Of a DNA stretch of 64,000 nucleotides, positions 1 to 9,646 are shown in pieces. Each line of letters starts with the position of its first letter. Positions within the stretch are counted from its first letter, which is position 1. The notes beneath the pieces are model-generated. The model made no database searches. It was given only the letters and a program-made list of their open reading frames with translations, and had not been told where the DNA came from. Where the stretch lies: the sequence record MH791411.1; one strand, given 5' to 3'. A program made the position numbers and the translations under genes.

Positions 1-332
1 TACGTGTCAAGTGTTTTTTGGAATGGTTCAAGTCTATCTGAACCACATATGAAAAGAACATCTAAGTACTTTCCATCCAGTTCTCTCATTATATCAAACA
101 GATTATCTTCTGTATAGATATTTTCTTGTACAGATGGGTAAAATCCTTCTGTATAGTACATTTTCAGTTCAGGAGGTAATGGGTTTTTGATGGCATCAGT
201 ACTGGTACTAAGGAATATTTTCAAATCAGCATTGTACTGTTCTTGTAGTGCTTGAGCTTTTTCAAACACTAAACCATGACCTCGATGTACAGGGTTAATT
301 CTTCCGAATGTCACTACGCATGTTTCTTTCAT
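1..332 (-). CDS. Cytidylyltransferase-like nucleotidyltransferase (HxGH family), 3' end outside window
   Basis: Manual translation from ATG at 332: MKETCVVTFGRINPVHRGH...ICGSDR; absent from ORF track because no stop in window. Confidence 0.8.
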   Translation of the reverse strand, partial: MKETCVVTFGRINPVHRGHGLVFEKAQALQEQYNADLKIFLSTSTDAIKNPLPPELKMYYTEGFYPSVQENIYTEDNLFDIMRELDGKYLDVLFICGSDRLEPFQKTLDT

Positions 333-853
333 ATGTTCTTCATCACCTGACCAATAGATTTAAGATGGTTGATTTTAGCTGGAGTCAAATACTTATCCAG
401 TACTATTAAACAACTAGGGAATGGAGCACTGTCAGTCTTTTTATCTGGTTCTTCAGGGATACCGAACTTTAAGCGACCTTTTATAAAACAAATACAATCA
501 CAAACTTTCGCAGCATAATCCTGAAAGGCTATAGTATCAGTTCTTGATGGTACGAGAATCAGTACTGTAGCACCTTTGTTATATGCATCAACTGCCTTAG
601 ATAACCACGTTTTCAAATCACTGTACGGTGGGTTGAGCCACACGATATTGTTTCCCCAGTCCTGTTCAAGTGAATTGTCTTCTGGTGTAAAGAAATTATC
701 ACACAATGCTGTTTCTTTAACACATGCTGCATCTAGTGTAAATCCCCAGAGTTCATCCAAATCTTCAAAGAAATCCTTTGGAGTAGTCCAGTTATCTTTC
801 CCAGTACTGAAATGTACTGATTGTTTTTTCTTCGAAGCATCCTTCTTCGACAT
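329..853 (-). CDS. Phage DNA N6-adenine methyltransferase (T1/HP1 Dam-like family)
   Basis: WTTPKDFF, FTLDAAC, VWLNPPY (motif IV), LVPSRTDT, FIKGRLKFG, SAPFPS; target sequence unknown. Confidence 0.9.
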   Translation of the reverse strand: MSKKDASKKKQSVHFSTGKDNWTTPKDFFEDLDELWGFTLDAACVKETALCDNFFTPEDNSLEQDWGNNIVWLNPPYSDLKTWLSKAVDAYNKGATVLILVPSRTDTIAFQDYAAKVCDCICFIKGRLKFGIPEEPDKKTDSAPFPSCLIVLDKYLTPAKINHLKSIGQVMKNI

Positions 854-869
854 ACATAATTTCCTTTGA

Positions 870-1415
870 TTATAGACAGTTAAGTACTATGTCATCAAAA
901 GTACTACTGTCAATGTTGTATTCATATAAAAATTTAAAATGTGATCCATAACGCATCATCAGATTAAACTCTTCTTCAGTATTAAATTTGTAATCATGAA
1001 GAGTTTCAAGGGTACATGTTAAACCTAAAAACTCAATAATTTCTGATGTTACATCATTTCCTGAATTGAAGTATTTAACCCAAACACATTTTCCTTGTGG
1101 GTTGAATTTTCTATATTCTCCTTCTAGTTCTCCATTGACGATATGTGCTTTCGCACTGATTAGATTATTACTATAACGCTCTTCGTAGTAGTTCCCATAA
1201 CGAGCTTTAAGAATTGTAGGCTTCTTGGTTGGGAATAACTTAATGGAAGTTAATTCAAAACCGCACTGCAACTCTTTGATGTACGAAATACATCCCTTTT
1301 CTTTAATCACAACAAAACCAGTAAAATTCTCTTGGTCTTGGTTCTGATTGTCTGAATCAACAAATTCTAGTGTTTTATAAGTGACGCTTTTAGATTTTTT
1401 AATAAATGACATCAT
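870..1415 (-). CDS. Hypothetical protein with MORN-variant-like repeat
   Basis: NGELEGEYRKFNPQGKCVWVKYFNSG. Confidence 0.55.
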   Translation of the reverse strand: MMSFIKKSKSVTYKTLEFVDSDNQNQDQENFTGFVVIKEKGCISYIKELQCGFELTSIKLFPTKKPTILKARYGNYYEERYSNNLISAKAHIVNGELEGEYRKFNPQGKCVWVKYFNSGNDVTSEIIEFLGLTCTLETLHDYKFNTEEEFNLMMRYGSHFKFLYEYNIDSSTFDDIVLNCL

Positions 1416-1445
1416 TATTCCTATGGAAACATCAATGACTGTACA

Positions 1446-2065
1446 TGGCGTTGACTACATCAACACCAGTCGAATTATACACGCTTCGCATGTCTAATTC
1501 GACGAAAGTACTATGATTTGTTTTAATTAATATTGACGGGGTTTGCTTGAGCATATTTCATCCCCCCCGCAGGGGAAAGAACAAAAAAAGTTTGACGCTG
1601 GTGGCCTTCACATAGTTCATATCACGAATTCTCTTACGAGGCGAAAGCGGGTTGCTCTGTTTCTCTCTATCGCGGTTCTTGTAGCAACGGTCGTCGGTCT
1701 TAAACATCCCGACACATAATACAAATACCATATGACCAGTACTTGTATTTGATTTCACGAATTTTGGACGCAACTATATTGTATAAATTACGACCGCAAA
1801 TTTCTCATGAAATCTCCCTTAGATAATTGGTAAGGTGCGATCCTTATATGTCTATCGAGGAACTCTCTTTATCCTATTGGAGTTCTTTATACAGCCGCAT
1901 TGCCGTGAGTGGTTCAAACTATGCCATCATCTAACGGGTTTCATTTGCTGTTCGTACTGAAAGGACTACTCATCTACCCTCTACTTTTCGAGTGGATTAG
2001 GCTTTAATCATTTCCATATGGAACCTTTCAGGATTAAAAAAAGGCGACAACATATTCTGCTGTCA
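1446..2065 (-). ncRNA. Candidate long structured non-coding RNA or leader
   Basis: ORF-poor; many stems with G-U pairs on minus strand (1446-1468, 1469-1503); upstream extended -10 at 2072-2077. Confidence 0.4.
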
Positions 2066-2099
2066 CCTTACATTATATCATAAACTTATGGTATGTCTC
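2036..2099 (-). terminator. Intrinsic terminator fused to a sigma70 promoter
   Basis: AAGGTGACAGC..GTTGTCGCCTT+T7; TGA-TATAAT at 2072-77, GAGACA at 2094-99. Confidence 0.7.
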
Positions 2100-2946
2100 A
2101 GTTGTATTCTGTTTTTTCAGTGAAATTAGTTAAGATATCTGCACTTAAGCTTCTCATAACCTCAATCTTACTTGGCATGAACCTGTGCTTGTTTTTTACA
2201 TACAACTCATCATCTTCAATGAAAGATGTGAACATGAATACCATATCTTCACGTGGAATTGAGAGAATATTACAGTTTTCATTTTCAGCAACAGGGGAAT
2301 CATTGTAGTACTTAGAGAATGCAGTACTTTGACGACCGATTATGATAGAATTTCGGATTAGAAAATTACTACAGTACTGAAAATCTTTGTAGTACTTGTC
2401 AAGGATATATGGCATTATCGCTTCTTTCACTTCTTCATATCCATTGGTACTATCAATTTCAGTACAATAATCTTCTCGGTCTTTTTTCCCTCGATGATTA
2501 TCAAACTCGTACTCAAAGAATAAATTTTTATTTAATGAATCATTTGAACCAACTGATCCACTATAGTATGATTTTCTATCATTCATTCGATCATCCGGGC
2601 ATGATGCATACATAGAAATGTCATGTGTTGACGTACCGATATAAATTTTCTTAGTAATGTGATTGTACGCGATGTAATCATAATCTTGTACTCCAGTTAG
2701 CATTAACTGGAACATCAATTCATCAGGAACATCAATTAACGGGTACTCAAACTTCGAATATCTACTACGACAGAAATTCTTTTCAAATGCTCGATATGCG
2801 ATGAAATCTTTTAGGTTTGTAATAGATTCATGCTCATGTGTACTACTGGTGCGTACATTGACATTAGTAGACGAGCAATACCCTTCAGATTCTTCTGCGT
2901 AGTCATAATAACCCTTACTGTAGTCAACGATTAGATAAAGTTTCAT
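2098..2946 (-). CDS. Hypothetical protein, family A motif
   Basis: DELMFQLML. Confidence 0.7.
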   Translation of the reverse strand: MKLYLIVDYSKGYYDYAEESEGYCSSTNVNVRTSSTHEHESITNLKDFIAYRAFEKNFCRSRYSKFEYPLIDVPDELMFQLMLTGVQDYDYIAYNHITKKIYIGTSTHDISMYASCPDDRMNDRKSYYSGSVGSNDSLNKNLFFEYEFDNHRGKKDREDYCTEIDSTNGYEEVKEAIMPYILDKYYKDFQYCSNFLIRNSIIIGRQSTAFSKYYNDSPVAENENCNILSIPREDMVFMFTSFIEDDELYVKNKHRFMPSKIEVMRSLSADILTNFTEKTEYN

Positions 2947-2958
2947 ATATCTCCAGAC

Positions 2959-2987
2959 AAAAAAAAGACGAGATATTATATCCCGTC
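2959..2987 (-). terminator. Intrinsic terminator with TATAAT in loop
   Basis: GACGGGA-TATAAT-ATCTCGTC-T7. Confidence 0.75.
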
Positions 2988-2997
2988 CTTTGGTTTA

Positions 2998-3303
2998 TTA
3001 GTGGCTTGCCCAGCAGTAAACAGGACGTAGATTTTCCATTGGGTTTACTTCAGGCTTCAGTACTGTAACACGAACTTCATACGGAGTACCATCTGCATGA
3101 TGGAACGTTTCGTAATGAATACTCTCAATGAAGGTTTCATATTCTTCTTGAGAACGTGAACGAACTGATGGGGAATATTTCTTTTTGGTATCTGATTTTA
3201 GTGTAACACTTACTAGTTCTGATTCTTCACCATTTTCAAGTTTATTGAAATCGAACTCTGGTACACCTTCAAACATATCAAATTTCATTCCGTTGTCTTC
3301 CAT
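2998..3303 (-). CDS. Hypothetical protein
   Basis: 101 aa ORF, SD, co-oriented. Confidence 0.75.
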   Translation of the reverse strand: MEDNGMKFDMFEGVPEFDFNKLENGEESELVSVTLKSDTKKKYSPSVRSRSQEEYETFIESIHYETFHHADGTPYEVRVTVLKPEVNPMENLRPVYCWASH

Positions 3304-3354
3304 TTTAAATTCCTTTTTATATAATGTTAGTTAGATAGTTTTTAATAAATCAGA

Positions 3355-3741
3355 TTAGATTACGTCATACGGTAGAGTACCGTGACGGAATTTATCAAGT
3401 TGTGCTAGAACTTCTTTACGTTCGATAATCTCTGGCACATCTTCTTGCAGTTGGTCACATACTTCAACGATGAAATCCCAATCGCTCTCACAACTCACAC
3501 GTACTGCTTCAATTGTTTTCCAATCAGCACTAATTTCACCTTCAGGATTTACATACGAAGGCCATACCTTTCCATAGTCTTGTACTGATTTGTCGTTAAG
3601 AACACGAATAGCATTGAAAATCTGTCCAGTACTGAAGTGTTTAGTATTCTTCATGTCTTCTAAGCAACATAGCTTAGGTTCACCCTGGACTTCAATCAGA
3701 AGTACACCACCAATAGCTTTTAGAACAGAACTTGTATTCAT
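3355..3741 (-). CDS. Hypothetical protein
   Basis: 128 aa ORF, GGAG SD. Confidence 0.8.
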   Translation of the reverse strand: MNTSSVLKAIGGVLLIEVQGEPKLCCLEDMKNTKHFSTGQIFNAIRVLNDKSVQDYGKVWPSYVNPEGEISADWKTIEAVRVSCESDWDFIVEVCDQLQEDVPEIIERKEVLAQLDKFRHGTLPYDVI

Positions 3742-3758
3742 CTATATCTCCATTTATC

Positions 3759-3802
3759 AAAAAAAGATGTGAACATTATATCACAAGGAATTGTCATGTC
3801 CA
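3759..3802 (-). promoter_or_regulatory. Extended -10 promoter overlapping terminator hairpin
   Basis: TGGACA-16-TATAAT (TG at -15/-14); TGTGA/TCACA stem +T7. Confidence 0.65.
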
Positions 3803-3812
3803 CAATATTTTA

Positions 3813-4106
3813 TCAAATAGTCAAACTTTCGTGCCAGTTATTGAAATCGTTAATAGCCAGCATAAACATATTCTCATCATTAAATTCTAGAATATGTTCA
3901 TTGTATAAGTAGCTAATGTACTTATTACTACAGTGTTTGCTATTCATAATTAGCATTTCAACTGCACGTTCATACGAACATGGGCTGAGATACAATTTTG
4001 TTCCATCAGGATGCTCAATCTCCACTGCACCAGGTGGAATAAAACGTTCACCAGTATAAGGGATATACGGCTCTGTTTTGAAAATAAGTTTGAATTTAGT
4101 ATCCAT
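3813..4106 (-). CDS. Hypothetical protein
   Basis: 97 aa ORF, GGAGG SD. Confidence 0.75.
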   Translation of the reverse strand: MDTKFKLIFKTEPYIPYTGERFIPPGAVEIEHPDGTKLYLSPCSYERAVEMLIMNSKHCSNKYISYLYNEHILEFNDENMFMLAINDFNNWHESLTI

Positions 4107-4122
4107 ACCAAATCCTCCATAA

Positions 4123-4971
4123 TTACATTGTTTCTTTTATGTTGCGTAACATAGTATTAACTATGTTCATCTTCCCACCTAACTTGAAGTAATATTCCAA
4201 TTTATTAATAATATTACTTTTTAATATCTCAAATATTTGATATTCATTTGTTTCGAAACCAAGTTCGAATTGGAAAGTATATAAATTGTTGAATAGATGT
4301 ACCAACGATGCATCAGGTGATTCCATTGTAAATGTGTAGTTGGTACGATAACCAGTACTAATCACCACTTCCGATGATTCACCTTTCATGAATATGTCAA
4401 TATTATACATCATTGGGCGACCAGTTGCAATATCTTTCATTCGGAAGAATGCAGTACTACGATACACAACACCATCTTCGGTAACCTTTTCTTGTATAGT
4501 GATATTTGAAACTTCACTCTCTTTGAATTTGGATTCGAATGAATGAATACGATTTGATTTTTCATCATCCGTATACATAGTGCATGTATATTTTCCAAAA
4601 TCATCTCTAGATGTATATGATTTATCGCTGGCGGTTTTATAAAACGAAACCCCATTGATGTGTTCTTCTTTGTACATCATTGTGTCATTGGATTTGTAGT
4701 ATGAACAATTAGGTGTTGAAAGAGATTCAAAATTGTTCACATCATGACAGTAAGAAATAGAAGAATCGCTATACAGTACTACATCACGAATTGCAACTTC
4801 TTTTGAAGTACCTTTTTTGACAGAAATTTGAAAGTCATTGCATGGGAAGATTCTATATCCATCGTATGTATCTGATGTACTGATACCAAATGGTGTTGGG
4901 GAATTCAGAAATTCGTTGATATGTTCAAGTACTGAATACTTTTTGAAATTACGAAAATCTGTTGTATCCAT
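4123..4971 (-). CDS. Hypothetical protein
   Basis: 282 aa ORF, AGGAG SD. Confidence 0.8.
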   Translation of the reverse strand: MDTTDFRNFKKYSVLEHINEFLNSPTPFGISTSDTYDGYRIFPCNDFQISVKKGTSKEVAIRDVVLYSDSSISYCHDVNNFESLSTPNCSYYKSNDTMMYKEEHINGVSFYKTASDKSYTSRDDFGKYTCTMYTDDEKSNRIHSFESKFKESEVSNITIQEKVTEDGVVYRSTAFFRMKDIATGRPMMYNIDIFMKGESSEVVISTGYRTNYTFTMESPDASLVHLFNNLYTFQFELGFETNEYQIFEILKSNIINKLEYYFKLGGKMNIVNTMLRNIKETM

Positions 4972-5004
4972 AGTAATACAATCTCCTAAATTTCGGACAA
5001 AAAA

Positions 5005-5136
5005 TTAGTCGAGAATAAATCTCGACTTGTGTTTTACTTTACCATTCTTCATTGCTTTTTTACGGTCCACATGTGTTTGAGGTTTATTAAACTCATTCAT
5101 ATGCTTTTGTACAAAGTTGTTTACATTTTTAGCCAT
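5005..5136 (-). CDS. Small basic phage protein (43 aa)
   Basis: Manual: MAKNVNNFVQKHMNEFNKPQTHVDRKKAMKNGKVKHKSRFILD; resembles widespread small phage ORFs; terminator hairpin overlaps 3' end. Confidence 0.7.
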   Translation of the reverse strand: MAKNVNNFVQKHMNEFNKPQTHVDRKKAMKNGKVKHKSRFILD

Positions 5137-5138
5137 AC

Positions 5139-5612
5139 TTACTCCAAATCGGGATCTTTAACTGTTAGGCTTTCAATATCACTTGCGTAAAGAACTACAT
5201 TAGTTTGTGTCTCTGATACTTTAAAATCATGATAACTATCTTTCACTTTAAAATTATCCAAAATAAACCCTTTACTACAACACATCATGATTTTATCATC
5301 TTTGATGGTGTATGTATTCTTTTTCTTACGTACTTCAGATTGTGGGGTAATATTATCATTGTTACGAATAACACAATCAATGTACTCGTCATTTGTACTC
5401 ATAGGCATACCCATGATAAACGAATTACTAGTACTGATTGTTAGTATGAAAACATTAGTATTTGGATTGTGAAAGAAGTCGTGCATAGTTTTACTGCATA
5501 AAAACAAGCACTGAATTATGTCCTTTACATTGAACATTATATCATGAACTTTGAATGCGTCCAACTCTAAAATGTCATCTATCTTTCCATTCTCAACAGT
5601 TTTAATCTCCAT
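5139..5612 (-). CDS. Hypothetical protein
   Basis: 157 aa ORF. Confidence 0.75.
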   Translation of the reverse strand: MEIKTVENGKIDDILELDAFKVHDIMFNVKDIIQCLFLCSKTMHDFFHNPNTNVFILTISTSNSFIMGMPMSTNDEYIDCVIRNNDNITPQSEVRKKKNTYTIKDDKIMMCCSKGFILDNFKVKDSYHDFKVSETQTNVVLYASDIESLTVKDPDLE

Positions 5613-5654
5613 GATCTATCCTTGATCTTCAAAGGCACTCCATGTGCACATATA

Positions 5655-6155
5655 TTAGGTCACAGCTTTGTATTTCTCCATTGCTTCGGTGATATTCAAT
5701 ACTGCTTGCGGTACGTCACTTTTGTTGTATGCAATGGTTAGTTTTTCCATGTTATTGAGAAGACTTAGAAACAATGGAAGTACTTCTGCATTGTCACTGA
5801 AGTTACAATCATTGACAGTACTCAATTGAAATAACTCACCAGCATCAACATTGAGTGTGTTGTATTCTTTAACAATGTTTTCTTCAGTATTGAAGATGTA
5901 GAATACAGTCCCCATGTGGTGTAAGTATACACCAGTATCATTCTGAATATGACATGGGGTGATTACAATTGCTGTGTTATCAATATTATTTACTATTGTC
6001 AAACGCAGACTATGTAACCCAAAGATTACAGTACAATCCTTTGTACTGTGTTGGATCTGGTCACTAGTAAAGGAAGACCCACTATGATTTTTAGATCCAT
6101 TTAGTATTTCTTTGATAATTTTAAATGAATACTTCATCGAATTAGTTAAAAGCAT
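5655..6155 (-). CDS. Family A paralogue
   Basis: AGELFQLSTV. Confidence 0.8.
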   Translation of the reverse strand: MLLTNSMKYSFKIIKEILNGSKNHSGSSFTSDQIQHSTKDCTVIFGLHSLRLTIVNNIDNTAIVITPCHIQNDTGVYLHHMGTVFYIFNTEENIVKEYNTLNVDAGELFQLSTVNDCNFSDNAEVLPLFLSLLNNMEKLTIAYNKSDVPQAVLNITEAMEKYKAVT

Positions 6156-6555
6156 GAACTTTACCTTTAAGTAAATTAATTAATGATCGCATAGATTCAG
6201 TACTGACAGTACCAAAATCAACACCTAAGCACTCGTATTGAAAGAACTCAATAGAATCAATTGAGTCCAAAGGAATCTCAACAACCTGATTCCCTATACC
6301 AGACATAGTAACATTGCTTTTATTAATCGTCAAGAAGTTTTTTGAATAAGTATTAAATTTTAGTGAAATCGCATCGGGGTGCTTTGTAACAATGCAGTAC
6401 TGGGAGCCATACACATATAGTACTTTACTTTCACTAAGATCCGTTTTAAAAAAATGAATCCCATTGAAGTATTTCTCATTGGCTCCCATCGCCGCGATTA
6501 GTTCATCTGTTGTTGTTAACCTTGTTTCGTTCTTCGTTAAACTGTTGAAAAGCAT
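6142..6555 (-). CDS. Family A paralogue
   Basis: SIEFFQYECL. Confidence 0.7.
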   Translation of the reverse strand: MLFNSLTKNETRLTTTDELIAAMGANEKYFNGIHFFKTDLSESKVLYVYGSQYCIVTKHPDAISLKFNTYSKNFLTINKSNVTMSGIGNQVVEIPLDSIDSIEFFQYECLGVDFGTVSTESMRSLINLLKGKVHAFN

Positions 6556-6976
6556 AGAATACTACCTTAACCATTTGTAGTGTTTCAGACATTACTTCTG
6601 ATGAAAATTCAACATCATTGAATTTCAGCATAGTGTTCTGTGTAAAGAAAGTTGCTTCTAAGTCTTCCAGATTGAAGGGTTCATCAAACAAATTAGTACT
6701 GAACATGTCAGTCTTCTTCTTGTATGTGAACAAGAATTTGGAATTATAACGAAGAACTATTTCATCTTTATTAACCAAAATACGTGCAATGTTTTGACGT
6801 GTCAATGTGGTAATGTTTAAATTGAACACGTTCTTGCGTGTTTCAGTGATATCAACAAAATACCCATCTCCCTGATGGATATTACATCGTACATCCAACC
6901 CTTTCTGTACTGTATTGAACAGTGCATCTTGAATAAAATAATTTGCTGTATCGATGTTTCCTAAAATGTCTAACAT
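6503..6976 (-). CDS. Family A paralogue
   Basis: LEATFFTQNTM. Confidence 0.65.
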   Translation of the reverse strand: MLDILGNIDTANYFIQDALFNTVQKGLDVRCNIHQGDGYFVDITETRKNVFNLNITTLTRQNIARILVNKDEIVLRYNSKFLFTYKKKTDMFSTNLFDEPFNLEDLEATFFTQNTMLKFNDVEFSSEVMSETLQMVKVVFYAFQQFNEERNKVNNNR

Positions 6977-7488
6977 AACTTCTCCTTGATTGCTGTCATA
7001 TTTAGAAGAAATTCTTCAAGCAATTCCTCTGTAACATACTCAACATACCAGAATATCACAATATCTTTTGAAAGTCGAGTATTCTTAAAAATATCTACTA
7101 ACTCTTTGTAGTACTCAAGATCATATACATCTTTTATAATTAGTGAGTACTGAAATAGTGATTCTTCAGTTAACTTAAATTCTGGATATAGTAAGTCATT
7201 AAATTCTAATGATTCTGATTGTACTTTTATTTTAGTGAAGTCATTTGTTAATCCACCATTACATCCATATAATGCAGCGTAATTCACGAACTTGGCTTTT
7301 GGATTAAAATCAAGAACAGTTTCACCATTATATGACAATCGGTGGAACGCCGTGAACTTTGTAATTTGCCACGGTTGCTTAATATCTAAGTCATTTATGT
7401 CTTTATTATTGTACATAAGAACAGTGAATATTTCAGCAATCTTCAATAATAATTTAGTACGTGCTAGTACTGTCATAGGTTCAATCAT
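6970..7488 (-). CDS. Family A paralogue
   Basis: EESLFQYSLI. Confidence 0.8.
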   Translation of the reverse strand: MIEPMTVLARTKLLLKIAEIFTVLMYNNKDINDLDIKQPWQITKFTAFHRLSYNGETVLDFNPKAKFVNYAALYGCNGGLTNDFTKIKVQSESLEFNDLLYPEFKLTEESLFQYSLIIKDVYDLEYYKELVDIFKNTRLSKDIVIFWYVEYVTEELLEEFLLNMTAIKEKLC

Positions 7489-7901
7489 TATACACCTTCA
7501 TATTCATCAAGGAAATCTTCGATGATCATTTCTGCGTCATCCATGTGCATAGCATCAACTTCGACAATGCGAACCTTAGACGTATCCCAAATCATATAGC
7601 TAGAAACTGTATCTGGTTCGTAATCGTTTTTGTACTGAACTGCATCATAGCCGTTAATTTCGCAGTACTCAATCACTCCACGCCATTCGTCATCACTGCC
7701 CATATCCGTCCACAGAAGCACGTTATCAACATCAACTTCTAAGGTATGTAAGTATACTGTATCAGCGTCAACAACGTTCAGTGGGCTTCTAAGCTTGCGT
7801 AATGCAGCTTCTAAAGCACTGTGTTTACCTCCCATATGAAGACCACCATACGGGATATAAAAGTTATCAATTTTTACAGTACTCGCATGATACAGTTTCA
7901 T
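7488..7901 (-). CDS. ADP-ribosyltransferase-fold protein (ART-PolyVal-like)
   Basis: MKLYHAS, GGLHMG, GYDAVQYKNDYE..SYMIWD. Confidence 0.55.
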   Translation of the reverse strand: MKLYHASTVKIDNFYIPYGGLHMGGKHSALEAALRKLRSPLNVVDADTVYLHTLEVDVDNVLLWTDMGSDDEWRGVIEYCEINGYDAVQYKNDYEPDTVSSYMIWDTSKVRIVEVDAMHMDDAEMIIEDFLDEYEGV

Positions 7902-7910
7902 AATTCATTC

Positions 7911-8495
7911 CTATTTCAGTACTTTGACCAGGGCTTTAACCGCTGTTTCAAGTTGTGCAAAGTCGTTGATTGTAAGATAATGAATACCCAATGTACTCAT
8001 TTCTGAATCTATTTTACTATACAAATCGAACATGTCAAGTAGATATTGATATGTATATGACTCCGATGACACACATGATTCTTGAAATAGACGTTCTTCC
8101 ATATCATTTACTACTTCATCATTTGCGTCTCGAATCACACCATCTTTGTATGTGTAGTAAATCTCATCCCATTCATCTGATAAGCGGAATAGTAAAGGTT
8201 TACCATTAAACATCTCAAGGTCATATGCATTGACTTCACTCAATAACATATCATCAGGATCAGGTGTGAAATCGAATTGAGCGAGTGAAGAACCATCATA
8301 ATCCTTAAGGAATACACCAATAGCATTCAATTTAACTTCGCCATAATTGCCATTCTTGAACTTTACACGAATATTAATATCAATGTTTTGAACAGTATCA
8401 TCATCTTGGAATTGATAATCAATTTTATACTTTTCCCAAAGTTTTTTAATATCTTTAAAGTACTTAATTTTACTTTCTATTTCTTTAAAGTTCAT
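7911..8495 (-). CDS. Family A paralogue
   Basis: EERLFQESCV. Confidence 0.8.
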   Translation of the reverse strand: MNFKEIESKIKYFKDIKKLWEKYKIDYQFQDDDTVQNIDINIRVKFKNGNYGEVKLNAIGVFLKDYDGSSLAQFDFTPDPDDMLLSEVNAYDLEMFNGKPLLFRLSDEWDEIYYTYKDGVIRDANDEVVNDMEERLFQESCVSSESYTYQYLLDMFDLYSKIDSEMSTLGIHYLTINDFAQLETAVKALVKVLK

Positions 8496-9087
8496 CTGGA
8501 ACCGCCATCTCTTGTATGTTCTTGCATTTTATCATTGCACAATTAGTATGTAAAATGATAGCGTACTTGTGTAATGATTTAATTTTATAACACTCATTAA
8601 GTACTGAAATGATGCCCCATAACTCTTCTACATCAATAGTGATAGGTTCACTAGTACTAAGTTGCATTAGTGCTGCTTCCACATCATCTTTGTTATTGAT
8701 TTTGAACTGCATACCACGTTTCAGTATTTTGGTTTTTGGGTTATACTCTGCCATTACATCACCTTCAGGGTAACCCTCGTGTAATAATAATGTAGTCTCA
8801 TAATCTCCACAATTGAAATTAATTTCATCATAGTCAGGAACACAAATCATTCCTTCACCATATTGATTATCTACTGATTCGATTGTTAAAATACGCTGAT
8901 GTTCATTACTCAGGATAATAGAATCATGCCAGTACTGCGTAGTGAATTTACTACGTTTCTTTTGACAGCACATACTTGACATGGGACCATACTTTTTATA
9001 TAGGGACTTCTTGAATGCTATCGCATCAGGAGCCACCTTAATAACTTCTCGAATTAGGTCAATAGCTTCTTGATAACTTTTTCTCAT
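8485..9087 (-). CDS. Family A paralogue
   Basis: EAALMQLSTS; start reassigned to MRKSY. Confidence 0.7.
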   Translation of the reverse strand: MRKSYQEAIDLIREVIKVAPDAIAFKKSLYKKYGPMSSMCCQKKRSKFTTQYWHDSIILSNEHQRILTIESVDNQYGEGMICVPDYDEINFNCGDYETTLLLHEGYPEGDVMAEYNPKTKILKRGMQFKINNKDDVEAALMQLSTSEPITIDVEELWGIISVLNECYKIKSLHKYAIILHTNCAMIKCKNIQEMAVPDEL

Positions 9088-9635
9088 TTGTCGTACCCAT
9101 ATAAAATATGATCTAGTGTGCATTGTACTTCTTCATGGAAGAACAGTGGGTAAATTTGTATCAATTTTTCTTTAAGTTCAAGTGAATGGCATAATTCTAA
9201 TGCTTTGATACAATCTTCATATTGAACTAAGCTATGTATTGTACTTAACTGGAAATGTTGTTCTTCAGAGTAAGCTAAATCATATACCAAATTATCATCT
9301 AAAAGGTTTGATTTCTTTGAAGGATCAAGTACTGTGTTGCTATGACCTACCCAGAAAAAAGCATTGGTGTTCATATTATTACAACCCCAACCTGCCCCCA
9401 TTTTCTGGTGAATAGCAAAGACACAACTATCATAGAGATTAATACCAAGACGTTCTTCGTTGACATAAATCGTAACACCATCGATTGTCATGGTTATTTG
9501 GAAACGCATTGAACCTTCACTTCGTGAACGTGCACAGAAGCCAAGATAACGGTTAATAATTGTATTGATTTTATCTGCCCATCCTTCCACATCTTTGGAT
9601 GCACATAATTTAAAAAGATCATGACTTTGATTCAT
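9084..9635 (-). CDS. Family A paralogue
   Basis: EEQHFQLSTI. Confidence 0.8.
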   Translation of the reverse strand: MNQSHDLFKLCASKDVEGWADKINTIINRYLGFCARSRSEGSMRFQITMTIDGVTIYVNEERLGINLYDSCVFAIHQKMGAGWGCNNMNTNAFFWVGHSNTVLDPSKKSNLLDDNLVYDLAYSEEQHFQLSTIHSLVQYEDCIKALELCHSLELKEKLIQIYPLFFHEEVQCTLDHILYGYDK

Positions 9636-9646
9636 GTAGTTCTCCG

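Noticed and set aside
1590-1800. tmRNA/RNase P/group I intron-like fragments (CCACCA, ATAGTTGCG resume-like, TAGTCC, ACAGA..GCTT)
   Set aside because: No T-arm or matching acceptor stem, the tag would not end in a degron, the P4 and P7 partners are missing or in the wrong order.
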